DNA of 64,000 nt from an uncultured Candidatus Saccharibacteria bacterium (GTDB lineage: Bacteria; Patescibacteriota; Doudnabacteria; UBA920): the NCBI GenBank assembly GCA_964524915.1, contig CAZGEB010000002.1, positions 5,094 to 69,093 on the forward strand, read 5' to 3'. The translations under genes were made by a program, and so were the position numbers. Numbering within the stretch: position 1 is the stretch's first letter; every line of letters begins with the position of its first letter. Positions 63,828 through 64,000 of this stretch are shown here, piece after piece. The notes under the pieces are model-generated. The model did no database searches. It saw nothing but the letters and a program-made list of their open reading frames with translations, and was not told where the DNA came from.

Positions 63828-64000
63828 AAGCTTAGTTTATTTAACTTTTAGGATAATGGAGGTTATAGACAAGCCGACAAACAAAACCGCCAAGACAATA
63901 GTGAAAAAGAAAATCCATTTCTCAGAGCCCCTGCGAGCTTGGATCACCCCACCACTACCGCCAAAAACAGTGGAGAGCCCACCTGCAGAACGATTTTGGA

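Noticed and set aside
1-64000. Alternative genetic code (e.g. code 25 UGA=Gly, or code 4), considered because of the CPR-like gene content and two in-frame stop codons
   Set aside because: All long housekeeping ORFs (topA, dnaK, pnp, rpoD, dnaG, rnj, glyQS) are intact and full length under the standard code with TAA/TAG/TGA stops. The in-frame TAG at 31813 and TAA at ~9797 are isolated and better explained as pseudogenes.

Overview
This is an AT-rich (~38% GC) stretch of bacterial chromosome read with the standard genetic code; every housekeeping ORF is intact under that code. Genes are small and tightly packed, consistent with a reduced-genome Patescibacteria/CPR-like organism, though I cannot confirm the lineage. 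The recognisable gene content is housekeeping. On the plus strand: der, pth, dprA, a CapA-family phosphatase and topA. On the minus strand: a complete hrcA-grpE-dnaK-(NUDIX)-(DUF3467)-dnaJ heat-shock operon with a perfect CIRCE operator, plus nfo, an M16 peptidase, glyQS, tgt, rpsO-pnp, rpoD-dnaG and RNase J. Also present are xerC/D, rluB, msrB, a NOX-like ferric reductase, a beta-CASP nuclease, bcp, an ABC exporter and iscS. There are seven tRNAs, in three tandem pairs (Lys-CTT/Lys-TTT, Arg-GCG/Arg-TCT, a tRNA-like fragment plus Leu-CAG) and one solo Tyr. The unusual part of the window is its repeat content rather than any single gene. (1) A GC-rich palindromic element, core CCCTCCCC-TCAGAA-GGGGAGGG and variants, is inserted in frame inside essential genes (nfo, iscS twice, an rRNA-methyltransferase-like gene, capA twice). 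It is concentrated around a DUF559 endonuclease gene, which it flanks on both sides. (2) Many heptanucleotide tandem repeats sit inside coding sequence, including an identical (AGTTGCG)4 tract in both glyQS and tgt that encodes the same peptide SQLATRNSQL. (3) A MITE-like family with TTGTCATCCCGAG...CTCGGGATGACAA termini lies in intergenic leaders (three copies packed in the pnp leader, one next to a GIY-YIG nuclease gene, one after xerC). A 20-bp hairpin also found in that leader lies in frame inside topA, flanked by TCACGCC direct repeats. (4) Two 'four-helix-bundle' (TIGR02436-type) genes are inserted inside the heat-shock operon; one is bounded by ~20-bp inverted repeats, the other by tandem heptamers (AGAATAA-type on the dnaK side, CTTTACT-type on the grpE side). 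(5) Poly-C/G6-7 tracts sit at frame junctions or inside secreted-protein genes and are candidate phase-variation sites. No CRISPR, rRNA or prophage genes are present.
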